From Candidatus Hodarchaeota archaeon (GTDB lineage Archaea > Asgardarchaeota > Lokiarchaeia > Sigyniarchaeales > SOKP01): a DNA stretch of 64,000 nt. The stretch covers positions 114,486 through 178,485 of the forward strand of contig JBHLKM010000004.1 of NCBI GenBank assembly GCA_048886685.1, written 5' to 3'. Position numbers and translations under genes: made by a program. The notes beneath the pieces were generated by a model. It had not been told where the DNA came from and did no database searches. It worked only from the letters and a program-made list of their open reading frames with translations. Shown here piece after piece: positions 47,571-58,201 of this stretch; position 1 is the stretch's first letter, and the number at the start of each line of letters is the position of its first letter.

Positions 47571-49244
47571 TCAATTAGTAATTTCTTCTTCTTCTACGTT
47601 TAATAATAATTTGAAAGTACTCCCTTTCCCAAATTTGCTTTTTACTAGAATATCTCCTCCTAAAAGATTTGCTAATTTTTTAGAGAGATGAAGTCCTAGG
47701 CCACTCCCTTCTTCGAATTTCCCAGATTCATCAATTCGACTAAATGGTTTAAATAATTTTTTTATATCTTCTTTTTGTATTCCTAGTCCAGTATCTTTAA
47801 CTGAGATAACAATTTCCCTTTTTGATGTTCGAACTTTTATCGTAATTATTCCTTTATCCGTGAATTTTACTGCGTTTCCAATTAGATTTAAAAGAATTTG
47901 GTTTATTCGCTTCTTATCATTGTAGATTGTAAGATGTTCGGGAGTATCCATGAACATTTCTAGTTCTTTTTCCTTAATAGCAACATCAAATGTATCTTTC
48001 AGGATAGCTAGCTCATTTATAAGATCAAATCTCTGTTTTCTTACGTTCAATTTATCAATTTCTATTTTAGCAATATCAATTACGTCATTAATTAATTCAT
48101 GTAAATGATTTGCGCTATTTAGAATAATATTAAGCTGCTTTTCTTGTTCTTTATTTATTTCTCCAGTTCTACCCTTCAAAATCGTATTAGCAAAACCTAT
48201 AATTGAAGTTAATGGCGTTTTTAATTCATGACTTATGCTTGCTAAAAAATTAACTTCTTGTGGTCTAGTAAACATTGCTAAAAAATCAGCTTTAAAATCT
48301 TCATCAGCTTCATGTGTTTCTTGACTTACCGAAACAATTTCAGATTTTATATCTCTTATTATTAAAAGAAATAAGAAGAGTATATAGAAAAAGGCTATAA
48401 AAAACATAATGATAAACAATGGATTAAATCCTTCCGGAATTCCTTCTACTATATCAATAAATATCAAAGCTATGAGGATAGGAAAAGTTAAAATAGCGAA
48501 TGATAACCAATAAGTTAAAGCTCGAGAAATAATCTTAGGATTAATAATTATTGGTAATATAATTATGCAGCAACCTAACATAAAAAGAATCGGACTCAAT
48601 TCTAATGGGTAAACATCAATCTTTTTATGAGCTCTTTCTGCTAGTACTAATGAAATCATGAATAAAATAAATCCGAACAATAAAAATGAAGAAACAGCCT
48701 TAAACTCAAGATGTGACCACTTTGTATAAAGATATAAGATAAATGGAACAAGGATTATTAATGCGGGAAATAAAAATATATTAAAAATACCTCTTGTCAA
48801 ATCATAGTCAAGAGATAGAATCTCTATTATTATTATAATTATTATAATAATTATAAAACCTGTAGTGAGAAGGAATTTTGTTCGCTTTATTATTATTTCG
48901 AAAGCCAATGCGAAGATCATACCTGCTAATCCAACCAAGATATAACTTAACGTGCCGAAAAATTCATAATCTGCTGTATCCGAATAGAAACCGCAGAAAA
49001 AAAAGTTATTAAACTCAATTACTTCGAGTTGAAGAACTTGGAAGAATGTGAAAAACAAACTAATTGCAAAACCAAGAGGTAAACTTGCTAGTCCTAACAT
49101 AATGATTCTTTCATTAAAGACTTCTCTTTTTCGAGCTATATGTATAAAATATAAGCCACACATTATTGCTATTATAAAAGCAGTCCCCCACAAAAATCGT
49201 TCAAGGGGATTCCATATCATTACCGGTTCATTCGGACATGCCAT
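47571..49244 (-). CDS. Multi-TM sensor histidine kinase (HisKA + HATPase)
   Basis: About 9 TM segments; H box ISHELKTPL, N box NLIGNAVKF, DTGLG, LFKPF, GSGLGL. ATG at 49244 has GAGG upstream. Confidence 0.93.
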   Translation of the reverse strand: MACPNEPVMIWNPLERFLWGTAFIIAIMCGLYFIHIARKREVFNERIIMLGLASLPLGFAISLFFTFFQVLQLEVIEFNNFFFCGFYSDTADYEFFGTLSYILVGLAGMIFALAFEIIIKRTKFLLTTGFIIIIIIIIIIEILSLDYDLTRGIFNIFLFPALIILVPFILYLYTKWSHLEFKAVSSFLLFGFILFMISLVLAERAHKKIDVYPLELSPILFMLGCCIIILPIIINPKIISRALTYWLSFAILTFPILIALIFIDIVEGIPEGFNPLFIIMFFIAFFYILFLFLLIIRDIKSEIVSVSQETHEADEDFKADFLAMFTRPQEVNFLASISHELKTPLTSIIGFANTILKGRTGEINKEQEKQLNIILNSANHLHELINDVIDIAKIEIDKLNVRKQRFDLINELAILKDTFDVAIKEKELEMFMDTPEHLTIYNDKKRINQILLNLIGNAVKFTDKGIITIKVRTSKREIVISVKDTGLGIQKEDIKKLFKPFSRIDESGKFEEGSGLGLHLSKKLANLLGGDILVKSKFGKGSTFKLLLNVEEEEITN

Positions 49245-49329
49245 ATTTTCGTCCTCTCTATACAAATTGAATGTTACATTTAAATTTAATAATAACATAA
49301 ATATCAATATTATTCATGAGGGAGTTAAA

Positions 49330-50229
49330 ATGAAACCTTTAATATTAATAGTTGAAGATGACCCAAATATTTTAAAATACCTTAAAATAACATTAGAATT
49401 TAATGAGTGCCAAATTATTACAGCAGAAAATGGAAAAGAAGGATTAAAAGTTCTTTCGGAGTTAAAAAACACCCCTGATCTTATTATAAGTGATATAATG
49501 ATGCCAGAAATTAATGGATATGACTTTTTTAATACAGTTTCTAATAATCCTGCTTATTATCACGTACCGTTCATCTTTTTATCTGCTCTTGATTCTCCTG
49601 AAGATGTCCGACTAGGAAAAATGCTTGGAATTGATGATTATCTCACCAAACCCATTAATGAGGAGGACCTACTGGCAATAGTTGCTGGTAAAATTAAACG
49701 TAGTAAAACAAGCAGTTTGATTAATAAAAAAATTACGGAAATTTTTGGTTCATATGAAATTGAAAAAGAAAATATTCTTGATGAGCATAAAGATTTAATA
49801 ATATTAATAGAAGTAGAATGGGATGACGTTGTAGGTCCAAAAATTGTGAATAGCTTCCCGAAAGATATCAAATTAGACTTTTCACTCAAAAAGATTGGTG
49901 AAGAGCTCTATGATGGAGTTGTAGCAATGTATGGTCAGGATAGCATATTAGATGCTGATGGTTTTTTAGTACCTAAAAAGAATATTAATATTATGGCATA
50001 TGTGTTTTTTGATTCTTATCCTGATAGTTCTTATAGAGGGGGAAGAAAACAATATATGGTTTCTCTTATTGCTACAAAGATTACATATTTCCAATCATTA
50101 AAATTAAAGCAACTATTTATAGAACAATCTTCATTATATAAAAATCAAGATAAATGGGATATTGAAGAATTTTGGAATAAGGCTTCGGATATCCTTACAA
50201 AATCATCATTAATTACCGGTTCTAATTGA
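49330..50229 (+). CDS. Response regulator receiver fused to a C-terminal uDENN/longin-like domain
   Basis: Start at 49330 after GGAG: MKPLILIVEDD...SDIMMPEING...LSA...TKP. Then IEVEWDDVVGPKIVNSFP...DSSYRGGRKQYMVSLI. Confidence 0.88.
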   Translation: MKPLILIVEDDPNILKYLKITLEFNECQIITAENGKEGLKVLSELKNTPDLIISDIMMPEINGYDFFNTVSNNPAYYHVPFIFLSALDSPEDVRLGKMLGIDDYLTKPINEEDLLAIVAGKIKRSKTSSLINKKITEIFGSYEIEKENILDEHKDLIILIEVEWDDVVGPKIVNSFPKDIKLDFSLKKIGEELYDGVVAMYGQDSILDADGFLVPKKNINIMAYVFFDSYPDSSYRGGRKQYMVSLIATKITYFQSLKLKQLFIEQSSLYKNQDKWDIEEFWNKASDILTKSSLITGSN

Positions 50230-50271
50230 AATTTTTATTTAATAATTAAAAGTAAAGAGATGAAATAATTA

Positions 50272-50826
50272 ATGGTAAATGCTGAAAATGAAGAAAAACC
50301 AATAAAGCTTGTAATTATGGGCATGGAAAATGCTGGAAAAACCACGATATTGGATGTGCTTATGGGCAAAATTAATGAAGCACCTAATAGACCACCAAGT
50401 ATGAATCCAACCAAGGGTATAGAAAGGAGTACTTTTTTGTTTTTTGAGAAAGAGACTAAAATTTGGGATTTTGGGGGGCAAGAGTTATATCGTAATGAAT
50501 ATTTACTAAATCCCGAAAATTATTTTTATACAATCTCATTCTTTTATTACGTGGTGGATATTCAAGATTACTATCGTCTTGCTCCCTCAGTGATGTACTT
50601 CAAAGGCGTTTTTAATCTTATTAAAAGATACAGTCCTGATGCAAAAATTATTTTTTTATTTCACAAAATGGACCCCGATTATATTTCAGATGAGAGAAAT
50701 CTAAAGGGAAAATTCCTAGAACAAGTTGAACCAGATTTAAAGTCAGCAAACACACCATATATAATGTTTGATACAACAGTTTTTGATATCCATAGTATTA
50801 AAACTGCTTTTGCTCAAGATTCATAG
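50272..50826 (+). CDS. Single-domain Arf/Rag-like small GTPase
   Basis: G1 GMENAGKTT, G2 PTKG, G3 WDFGGQ, G4 HKMD; 42 bp after the response regulator. Confidence 0.9.
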   Translation: MVNAENEEKPIKLVIMGMENAGKTTILDVLMGKINEAPNRPPSMNPTKGIERSTFLFFEKETKIWDFGGQELYRNEYLLNPENYFYTISFFYYVVDIQDYYRLAPSVMYFKGVFNLIKRYSPDAKIIFLFHKMDPDYISDERNLKGKFLEQVEPDLKSANTPYIMFDTTVFDIHSIKTAFAQDS

Positions 50827-50891
50827 CTATAAATCGAGACTCAAAAAAAAATGACAAAAAATTGATAAAATTTATCTTGTTTTTTAATTAA

Positions 50892-51632
50892 CTATTCCAA
50901 GATTTTCCCATTTGGTAATATGAAATCGTATTCTGCGTAAAAACCTCCTAAGTCTTTAACTGCATTTTCGAGCACTTCATCGGAAATATCATATTGAGAA
51001 CGTTGACTTTTTAGGTAATTAGCAAGTGCACCATTTTGAGTATGAACTTTTTCTATTTTTATGGAGGTTTCTGTTAATTGTCGAAGCGCTGCCTTTGTAT
51101 TATTTTCAACATCTGGGATTAGTTTCAAATTGTAAAAAGGTAGGCTTTCAAACATATCTTTAGGATTTAAACCTGGTTCAGTGTCCATGATTTCAGCACT
51201 GATATCAAAGATTGTCGTTCCTTTCCGTGTAACTTTTCCATTTATTTCATTTTTCTTGATTTTAGATAACCTAATTTCTGCTATTTTCTTAGGAATTCCC
51301 CATATTTCTCTACCTGCGGCTAATGCTACATCATCATCCACATATATACTATAAATGTATAACCCTGGTTTATTTTGATATGTACAACTTAGCACAAGTA
51401 TAGCTTCATTATAAGGACCAATTGAAGTCTCTGGATATTCTAATATAATAACTGTGTCAAGGCTACTTTCTATAGGTTCTAGTTCCCTGGGTAAATAGGA
51501 TTTTTTCTTGTTAGGTGAACACTGAAATACTAATGCAAGAGCCCGTGCATTTTTTTAATAGATTGGGGGGGGAGGATACAAACCACATTGACGTGGCATG
51601 GAATAATCCACATTTTGATTATTTTCTATCAT
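50892..51632 (-). pseudogene. Acetoacetate decarboxylase-family gene interrupted by an in-frame TAA
   Basis: ATG 51632 ...YSMPRQCGLYPPPPIY*KNARAL...IGPYNEA...AAGREIWGIPKK. Single stop at 51557-51555, same frame throughout. Confidence 0.8.
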
Positions 51633-51655
51633 TTTATAACACCTTCCTATTATTT

Positions 51656-51889
51656 TTAAAGCGGTACTACTATATGAGTTTGTGTTCTATCGACACCTTC
51701 AATTTTATGAATTTTAGCTAAAATAGTTTTAGCGATGGTCTCAACATCTTTACCCTCTACTTTTGTGATAATATCAATACCTCCTGTTACTGGATAAGTT
51801 TCTTTTATTTCCGATATTTTATTTAATTCATCGACAACGGATACAACAAAACCAGCTTTAACTTTCATTAATACGAAGCATAAAGTCAT
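51656..51889 (-). CDS. Stand-alone Lrp/AsnC ligand-binding (RAM) domain protein
   Basis: FVLMKV.AG, YPVTGGIDII.KV, IHKIEGVDRTQT. Confidence 0.88.
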   Translation of the reverse strand: MTLCFVLMKVKAGFVVSVVDELNKISEIKETYPVTGGIDIITKVEGKDVETIAKTILAKIHKIEGVDRTQTHIVVPL

Positions 51890-51965
51890 TTTTTAGTATC
51901 GCCTCTTTAAAATTATTTTTATTATTGTTAAGATTATTATTAAAATTTAAAAGTTTTACAGTTAT

Positions 51966-52652
51966 CTATGGAAGAAGCACTTGTTCAATCAAAAAATAAA
52001 AGAATACAGCACTTCCAAGATATAAAATCATTACAATATAAGCTAAGGGAATTTTATACCAATGCTTTTTCTCTTTTACCAGTTCATAGGAATAATAAGT
52101 ACTTAATCCAAGTATAATCTCAGGCACAATGATATATAATGCGATATGCCCGATCATTACTACATTTTGAGCATACCAAGATTGAAGCATCCACATCGAT
52201 TGTTCAGCTAACCCAAAGATTAATAATGACAATAATATAACAAAAATATAACTTACTTTCCTAGAATAACGTTCTTGAAGCTGTTGAGCAATAAATAAAA
52301 TTAAAAACAAAGGGATTACCCATAATCCTGCCATATATCCTGAGACTGTTCCAATTTTAAATGACCCATCTTCAGGAAAAACTAATATATCGAGTTCTGC
52401 CGATAAAACCCAATCTGGCCATATTTGAAAAAAGCTTATAAATAAAGTGAAAAACCAAATATTTAACCAATTTTTATGTTTTTGCCATATTCCTACCGAT
52501 AAAATTAGAATATTATAGATAATTACTAAAATGAATAATTTAATACCAATTTCAATCCCAAAAGGTATTAATAATACCACAATACATGAAATAATAAAAG
52601 CTAAATGCGTTAGTATAGCATCTTTTTCAATTTTAGATAAGAAATCTTTCAT
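51966..52652 (-). CDS. Multi-pass membrane protein of unknown function
   Basis: Six to seven TM segments; FQIWPDWVLS...LVFP.DG...MAGLWVIP. Confidence 0.75.
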   Translation of the reverse strand: MKDFLSKIEKDAILTHLAFIISCIVVLLIPFGIEIGIKLFILVIIYNILILSVGIWQKHKNWLNIWFFTLFISFFQIWPDWVLSAELDILVFPEDGSFKIGTVSGYMAGLWVIPLFLILFIAQQLQERYSRKVSYIFVILLSLLIFGLAEQSMWMLQSWYAQNVVMIGHIALYIIVPEIILGLSTYYSYELVKEKKHWYKIPLAYIVMILYLGSAVFFYFLIEQVLLP

Positions 52653-52748
52653 TATTTTCTAAACTTTCTCTAATATCTTATTTTAAATTTTATAAAAAAA
52701 TTAATTGTAATTATTAACTTTAATTAATACAGAGAAATTTTTAATCAT

Positions 52749-53519
52749 ATGATAACTATGCAGGAAGAAATTAAAGATATGGCTAAGGATTTCATTGAAG
52801 AATATAAGAAAATAAATAAAATTAAAACTAAATGGAAAGAAACAATTGTAGCTTTTGCTAATGCTAAAGATCCAATTTTTCTGCAATTAAAACAAGCAGT
52901 AAATGAAGATCATAAGCTACCCCATGAATTACTTAAAAATGCTAATAGTATAATTACTTTTTTTGTATCCTTTAATAAAGAAGTTGTACTTAGCAATTCT
53001 AATGGTATTAATGCTTCAAAAGAATGGGCAATTGCGTACATCGAAACTAATAAATTAGTGTCAGATTTATCAAGATTTTTAGCTAACTCTTTAAATGAAA
53101 AAAATTATGATTGTTTTGAAGTTCCACCAATCCTTGATTTTGATAAAAAAAAATTGATGTGTTATTGGTCTCATAAACATGTTGCTTATATTGCGGGATT
53201 AGGAAAATTCGGCCTGCATAAACTATTGATAACTGAAAAAGGATGTTGTGGGAGATTAGGGAGTTTAATAACCTCAGCTAAAATTGAGGCTACAAAAAGA
53301 AGTGAAGAAAATTATTGTCTCTATTTTCAGAATGGAAGTTGTACACATTGTATTGATAAGTGTATATTTGGCGTGTTCAATAATGATTTTTTTGATCGGC
53401 ATAAATGTTATGAGATTTGTTTAAAAAATGGTAAGTTTTATTCAAAATTGGGTCCTTCAGATATGTGTGGAAAATGTGCTTGCGGAGTTCCCTGTTCATT
53501 AACAAATCCTTGTAAATAG
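52749..53519 (+). CDS. QueG/epoxyqueuosine reductase-like Fe-S protein
   Basis: WSHKHVAYIAGLGKFG, GCCGRLGS, C.....GSCTHCIDKC, CGKCACGVPC. Confidence 0.8.
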   Translation: MITMQEEIKDMAKDFIEEYKKINKIKTKWKETIVAFANAKDPIFLQLKQAVNEDHKLPHELLKNANSIITFFVSFNKEVVLSNSNGINASKEWAIAYIETNKLVSDLSRFLANSLNEKNYDCFEVPPILDFDKKKLMCYWSHKHVAYIAGLGKFGLHKLLITEKGCCGRLGSLITSAKIEATKRSEENYCLYFQNGSCTHCIDKCIFGVFNNDFFDRHKCYEICLKNGKFYSKLGPSDMCGKCACGVPCSLTNPCK

Positions 53520-53599
53520 ATTGATATTTACTTTCTATTAAGTAGAATAGTGATTAAAATCAATAATTTAATATAAAAAAAAAGAAGTATAAAAAAAAA

Positions 53600-55015
53600 T
53601 TATTTTAATTCAGGGTGTTTTTCTAATTCTTCTCTCACTTTTTCGAGTTTTTCTCCATGTAAATCGTAAGATCTGAAGAATAGGATTGATCCAATAAGTG
53701 CTATTGAAGGAAATAGAAATATTAACGCTTTTATGCCAAGTTCTATTAAAACACGATTAGTAGTAATGAGAGAATATTCACTCCAACCTGTTCCTGAGAA
53801 TACAATATAAATCGAAGTAATACCTAGAATCATTGAAAAACGATGAACAAACGCATTAACACCATAATAACTAGCAGCTCGTTTTATACCAAAATTAAGT
53901 GCGTCCTGATCGATTATGTCTCCATGAATTATATCAATAAAAAACAGTGCAGCTGACAGACCATAGCCTATAGTAATAAAAATTATCATTGACATTAATC
54001 TACTTATATTATTATCTGAAAGAAAAACTAAAGGAAATAAGGTGATAATCCATATTCCCATTCCTAACATAAGTCCCTTCCGTGTACCTATCTTCTTTCT
54101 TATCCAAGATTGAAGTGGCATAAAAGCAGCGGCAGATAATAGGGCTAACATTAAAGTTATTCCTATTAATAAAGATTCATCTTTACCTCTTCCAAGTATT
54201 TCGACTGAAAATAGAGGAAAGACGGTTAACAAAACATTAAAACAATACCATATAAGCATGTTACCTAAAGTGAATTTTATAAAGGTCTTATTGGAAAATG
54301 TTATTTTAATTGATTCAAAAAATCCAGGTCTTCTTTGAAAATCAGATGCATGTTCTTCTTTTTCCTTGACTGCAAAGAAAATGAATAATATTGCCATTAT
54401 TAATACTATAAAAGCTAAAATTATACCTGAAATAACATAATTTGGATGTATTTCCTTTGCTTCTACAGCATCTGGTATTGCATCTTCAGTATTAGGTACT
54501 AAAGGATCAATGATGAAAGTTGGAATTATTGATGCTACTATTACAGCAATCATTGTAAAAATTTTTACAAACACATTAACCTCCCCTCTTTCTTTTTCTG
54601 TAGGAAACATTTCGGGGAATACTGCATTTGTATTTACTGAAAACATGGTATAAAATAATTCAAAGATAAAGATTATGAAAATAAAATACCAAAACTTAAA
54701 GCTGGAGGGCGTTGTAAAAAGAAAAATCATCATTAATGATAAAGGAATAAACGAAATTATTAAATAAAATTTCCGTTTTCCTAATTTTCCCTTATGCTTA
54801 GTTTTCTCGCTTAATGCCCCTAATAGAGGGTCATTGAACATGTTCCAAATGCCCCATAAAACGAAACCAATCCACATTTCAAGCATTGTAAGGCGTACAA
54901 TCGCAAAATAAAAAGTAAAAACATAGATGGTAAATGCTTGATAAGTTAATTGATCCGGGAAAGCACTTGTACCGAATAATATTCTTTCTTTTAATGGTAT
55001 TTTTTGTTCACTCAT
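53600..55015 (-). CDS. MFS transporter, GPH (glycoside-pentoside-hexuronide) family
   Basis: WNMFNDPLLGALSE, G.RK, FPEMF...ER, DIIDQD...G.KR; about 12 TM. Confidence 0.9.
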   Translation of the reverse strand: MSEQKIPLKERILFGTSAFPDQLTYQAFTIYVFTFYFAIVRLTMLEMWIGFVLWGIWNMFNDPLLGALSEKTKHKGKLGKRKFYLIISFIPLSLMMIFLFTTPSSFKFWYFIFIIFIFELFYTMFSVNTNAVFPEMFPTEKERGEVNVFVKIFTMIAVIVASIIPTFIIDPLVPNTEDAIPDAVEAKEIHPNYVISGIILAFIVLIMAILFIFFAVKEKEEHASDFQRRPGFFESIKITFSNKTFIKFTLGNMLIWYCFNVLLTVFPLFSVEILGRGKDESLLIGITLMLALLSAAAFMPLQSWIRKKIGTRKGLMLGMGIWIITLFPLVFLSDNNISRLMSMIIFITIGYGLSAALFFIDIIHGDIIDQDALNFGIKRAASYYGVNAFVHRFSMILGITSIYIVFSGTGWSEYSLITTNRVLIELGIKALIFLFPSIALIGSILFFRSYDLHGEKLEKVREELEKHPELK

Positions 55016-55207
55016 AAAACATACTCTGTTGTAATTAAATTAACCTTAAAGTTTAGATATATGTATTTAGATTTTGATCGTTTTAAAACTATATCATTGA
55101 TAATTTTGAACAATATTAGTCTTAATAATATTCATTTAATTTGAATCATATTCTATCTATAGAAAAAATTCTATTTTAATTACAAAAATTGAAGAGTTTG
55201 ATATAAG

Positions 55208-55792
55208 ATGACTGATTTAAATATAGAGGTAACATATTTTGAAAGGGGAGGTCCTCATAATACAAAAAAGGCTTTAGAAATTGCAAAAAAATATGCCGAT
55301 CAATTTGCTATTAGGGATATTATTATGGCTAGCACGACTGGAACTACTGCAGAGAAATCGCTTGATGTTTTTGACCCTAATGAATATAATTTGGTGGTTA
55401 TAACCCATTCTTATTATTTTGCTGGTGTAAATAATAGGCAAGAATTCCCTAAAGAAAAAATGGATGATCTAAAAAATAAGGGGTTGAAATTCTTTGTAGG
55501 TACTCATGCTTTTGCTGGTCCAGAAAGGAGTATGAGAATTTCATTAAAGCAATGGGGTCCTGTTGAATTAATGGCTAAATATTTGCGAACAAACTTTAGT
55601 CAAGGTATGAAAGTTTGTATGGAAATTGCTATTATGGCTGTTGATGCAGGATTAATAGAAGATATTGAAAGAGACATTATTTGTATAGGAGGAACTGGGC
55701 GAGGAGCAGATACAGTATGCGTTATTAAACCCGTACCTACTAGTTTATTTGATAAATTACGAGTTAAAATGATACTCTGTAAACCATTATAA
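55208..55792 (+). CDS. Pyruvate kinase C-terminal alpha/beta domain-like protein
   Basis: YFERGGPHNT, ASTTGTTA, FSQGMKVCMEIAIMAVDAG, GGTGRGADT, ILCKP. Confidence 0.85.
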   Translation: MTDLNIEVTYFERGGPHNTKKALEIAKKYADQFAIRDIIMASTTGTTAEKSLDVFDPNEYNLVVITHSYYFAGVNNRQEFPKEKMDDLKNKGLKFFVGTHAFAGPERSMRISLKQWGPVELMAKYLRTNFSQGMKVCMEIAIMAVDAGLIEDIERDIICIGGTGRGADTVCVIKPVPTSLFDKLRVKMILCKPL

Positions 55793-55849
55793 TACTGTAT
55801 TGTATTCAATCACTAAAAATAAAAGTAAGAAATGAAATAATAAAGAAAT

Positions 55850-57037
55850 TTAGATTATTTTTAATTTTTTTCCAACTTTTTCTATCGCCCCTAATGCCTT
55901 ATCCAAGTCTTCTTTTGTTAACAACGCATTCATCTGAACTCGAATTCTAGAAAGCTCTCTCGCGACCATAGGAAATACTATAGGGGTACCATAAATATTT
56001 TCCTCTTCAAATAGTATTCTAGCTAGTTCTTGGGCTTTACCGGGATCACCAATTATTAAAGGAATGATAGGTGTATCTGAATTACCCGTATTATACCCCA
56101 TATTTTGTACTTCTTTTTTAAAGTAATTTGTATTATCCCAGACTCTTTGTACGTGCTGTGGTTCACTTTCTACCACTTCAATTGATGCTATATTAGCAGC
56201 GACCACTCCTGGTGGATGTGCTGTACTAAGGAGATAGGTTCTACTTTTATTCGCACAAAACTCAATTAAATCTTTTGAACCGGCTACTGTTCCCCCAAAA
56301 ACCCCAAAACCTTTGCTCATTGATCCTCCTTCTACATGTACTTTTCCCTGTAGATTAAAATGAGCTACAATTCCTCTTCCTTCTCCTAAAACACCTTCAC
56401 CATGACAGTCATCAACAAAGATCATAGCTCCAAAATCTTCTGCTACTTTTGCTATTCCTGGTAATGGTGCCACATCACCGTCCATTGAAAAGACACCATC
56501 CGTTATTATACATATTCGCCTTGCTCCTTCTTTTTCTGCTTCTTTAAGTTGCCTTTCTAAATCCCCAACATCATTATGTTTATAAATAATTCTTTTTGCT
56601 CCAGATAAACGTACACCATCGATAATAGATCCATGATTTAATTCATCCGACACTACAATATCAGGTTTTCCTACTAACATAGGGATTAATCCTGAATTGA
56701 CTGCAAATCCAGTTTGACATAAAAGAGAGGCTTCCACTTCTTTAAATTTGGCAAATTTCTTTTGGAATTCCTTAGTTAAATCAAAACTACCTGCAATAAC
56801 TGGAACCGCGCCAGCACCAGCGCCATATTTCTTCGTAGCATCTATAGTAGCTTGAATAATTTTGGGATGTGTCGCAAGACCAAGATAATTATTGGTATTT
56901 AACATTAGCACTTCTTTACCATCAACAACAGAATGTGGTTTAGAACCTTCTTCTAAGTATCTAATTATCCACTCTAAGTTATTTTTCCTTAATTCAATCA
57001 TGTCTTCCTTAAGGAAGGCAACAGGATCTCTTTTCAT
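55850..57037 (-). CDS. kbl: Glycine C-acetyltransferase (2-amino-3-ketobutyrate CoA ligase)
   Basis: NNYLGLA, SDELNHGSIIDG, TDGVFSMDG, VDDCHG, SMSKGFG; divergent from the threonine dehydrogenase gene. Confidence 0.88.
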   Translation of the reverse strand: MKRDPVAFLKEDMIELRKNNLEWIIRYLEEGSKPHSVVDGKEVLMLNTNNYLGLATHPKIIQATIDATKKYGAGAGAVPVIAGSFDLTKEFQKKFAKFKEVEASLLCQTGFAVNSGLIPMLVGKPDIVVSDELNHGSIIDGVRLSGAKRIIYKHNDVGDLERQLKEAEKEGARRICIITDGVFSMDGDVAPLPGIAKVAEDFGAMIFVDDCHGEGVLGEGRGIVAHFNLQGKVHVEGGSMSKGFGVFGGTVAGSKDLIEFCANKSRTYLLSTAHPPGVVAANIASIEVVESEPQHVQRVWDNTNYFKKEVQNMGYNTGNSDTPIIPLIIGDPGKAQELARILFEEENIYGTPIVFPMVARELSRIRVQMNALLTKEDLDKALGAIEKVGKKLKII

Positions 57038-57221
57038 TATATCACCATATTTGATTTTAAAACAAGTGAGTGAAATTATAAGTTATTGGTATTCTGAAAA
57101 CTATATTAGTTTTTCTCATTATAAGGAGAGGGTAAAAAGTGGGAAAATAATGAATAAACCTTTTTTTATGGAGTAAATTATGAATTATACTATCAACTTA
57201 ATATGTTAAAATCTGATAAAA

Positions 57222-58166
57222 ATGAGACGAATCCTTGTTATTGGGGCAGCGGGACAAATAGGGAGTGAGTTAGTACCTTTTCTTAGGAAAAAATATGGAA
57301 ATGATAATGTTATTGCAACGGGAAGAAAAACTCCCCTTCCAGATGTTATCAAAAAAACAGGTCCCGTTATATATTTAGATACTTTAAAGAGAGAAAGATT
57401 ATCAGAAATTTTATATGAATATGAAATCAATACTATTTTTCACATGGCATCAGTTCTATCAGCCACAGGGGAAAAGATACCTCAAACCGCATGGGATATT
57501 AATATTAATGGATTAATTAACGTCCTAGAAGAAGGGAGAAGTTATAATATTGATAAAATTATCTGGCCAAGTTCTATAGCTGCATTTGGGCCTACAACTC
57601 CAAGAGAAAACACACCAAATATTACTGTGCTTCAACCAACTACAATGTATGGAATTACAAAAGTAGCTGGGGAGTTATTAGCTGAATATTATTATAAAAA
57701 GTATAACTTAGACGTTAGATCAATTAGATTGCCTGGAATTATAAGTAGTGAAACTTTACCCGGAGGTGGGACTACAGATTACGCTGTAGAAATCTTTTAT
57801 GAAGCTATTAAGAATAAGAAGTATACCTGCTTTTTAAGAGAAGATACAGTTTTACCCATGATGTACCAACCTGACTGTTTAAAATGCATGGTTGATTTAT
57901 TAGAAGCAGACAATTCTAAATTAAAAAGACGAGTTTATAATATAACTGGTATGAGCTTCTCTGCTGGCGAAATCGCAGCGGAGATTAAGATATATATTCC
58001 AGATTTTGAAATTGATTATAAACCAGATTTCAGACAAGAAATTGCAGATTCTTGGCCTAAAACGATTGATGACTCTCTGGCTCGTGAAGAATGGGGATGG
58101 AATCCTTCATACGACTTATCATCTATGACTAAAGATATGATCGAAATACTTAGTAAAAAATTATAA
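57222..58166 (+). CDS. tdh: L-threonine 3-dehydrogenase (SDR/epimerase type)
   Basis: GAAGQIG, LSATGE, PSSIAAFG, MYGITK, PGGGTTDYAV, RQEIADSWP. Confidence 0.88.
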   Translation: MRRILVIGAAGQIGSELVPFLRKKYGNDNVIATGRKTPLPDVIKKTGPVIYLDTLKRERLSEILYEYEINTIFHMASVLSATGEKIPQTAWDININGLINVLEEGRSYNIDKIIWPSSIAAFGPTTPRENTPNITVLQPTTMYGITKVAGELLAEYYYKKYNLDVRSIRLPGIISSETLPGGGTTDYAVEIFYEAIKNKKYTCFLREDTVLPMMYQPDCLKCMVDLLEADNSKLKRRVYNITGMSFSAGEIAAEIKIYIPDFEIDYKPDFRQEIADSWPKTIDDSLAREEWGWNPSYDLSSMTKDMIEILSKKL

Positions 58167-58201
58167 AAATAAACTATGATCTAATTTCTTAAAATTAAAA
58201 T

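Noticed and set aside
48825-48856. Poly-Ile run in the kinase as a phase-variable microsatellite
   Set aside because: Mixed ATT/ATA codons, in frame, inside a TM helix; AT bias is a sufficient explanation.
49048-49329. N-terminal 94 aa of ORF 49048-50229
   Set aside because: Antisense shadow of the kinase gene; the receiver starts at 49330 behind GGAG.
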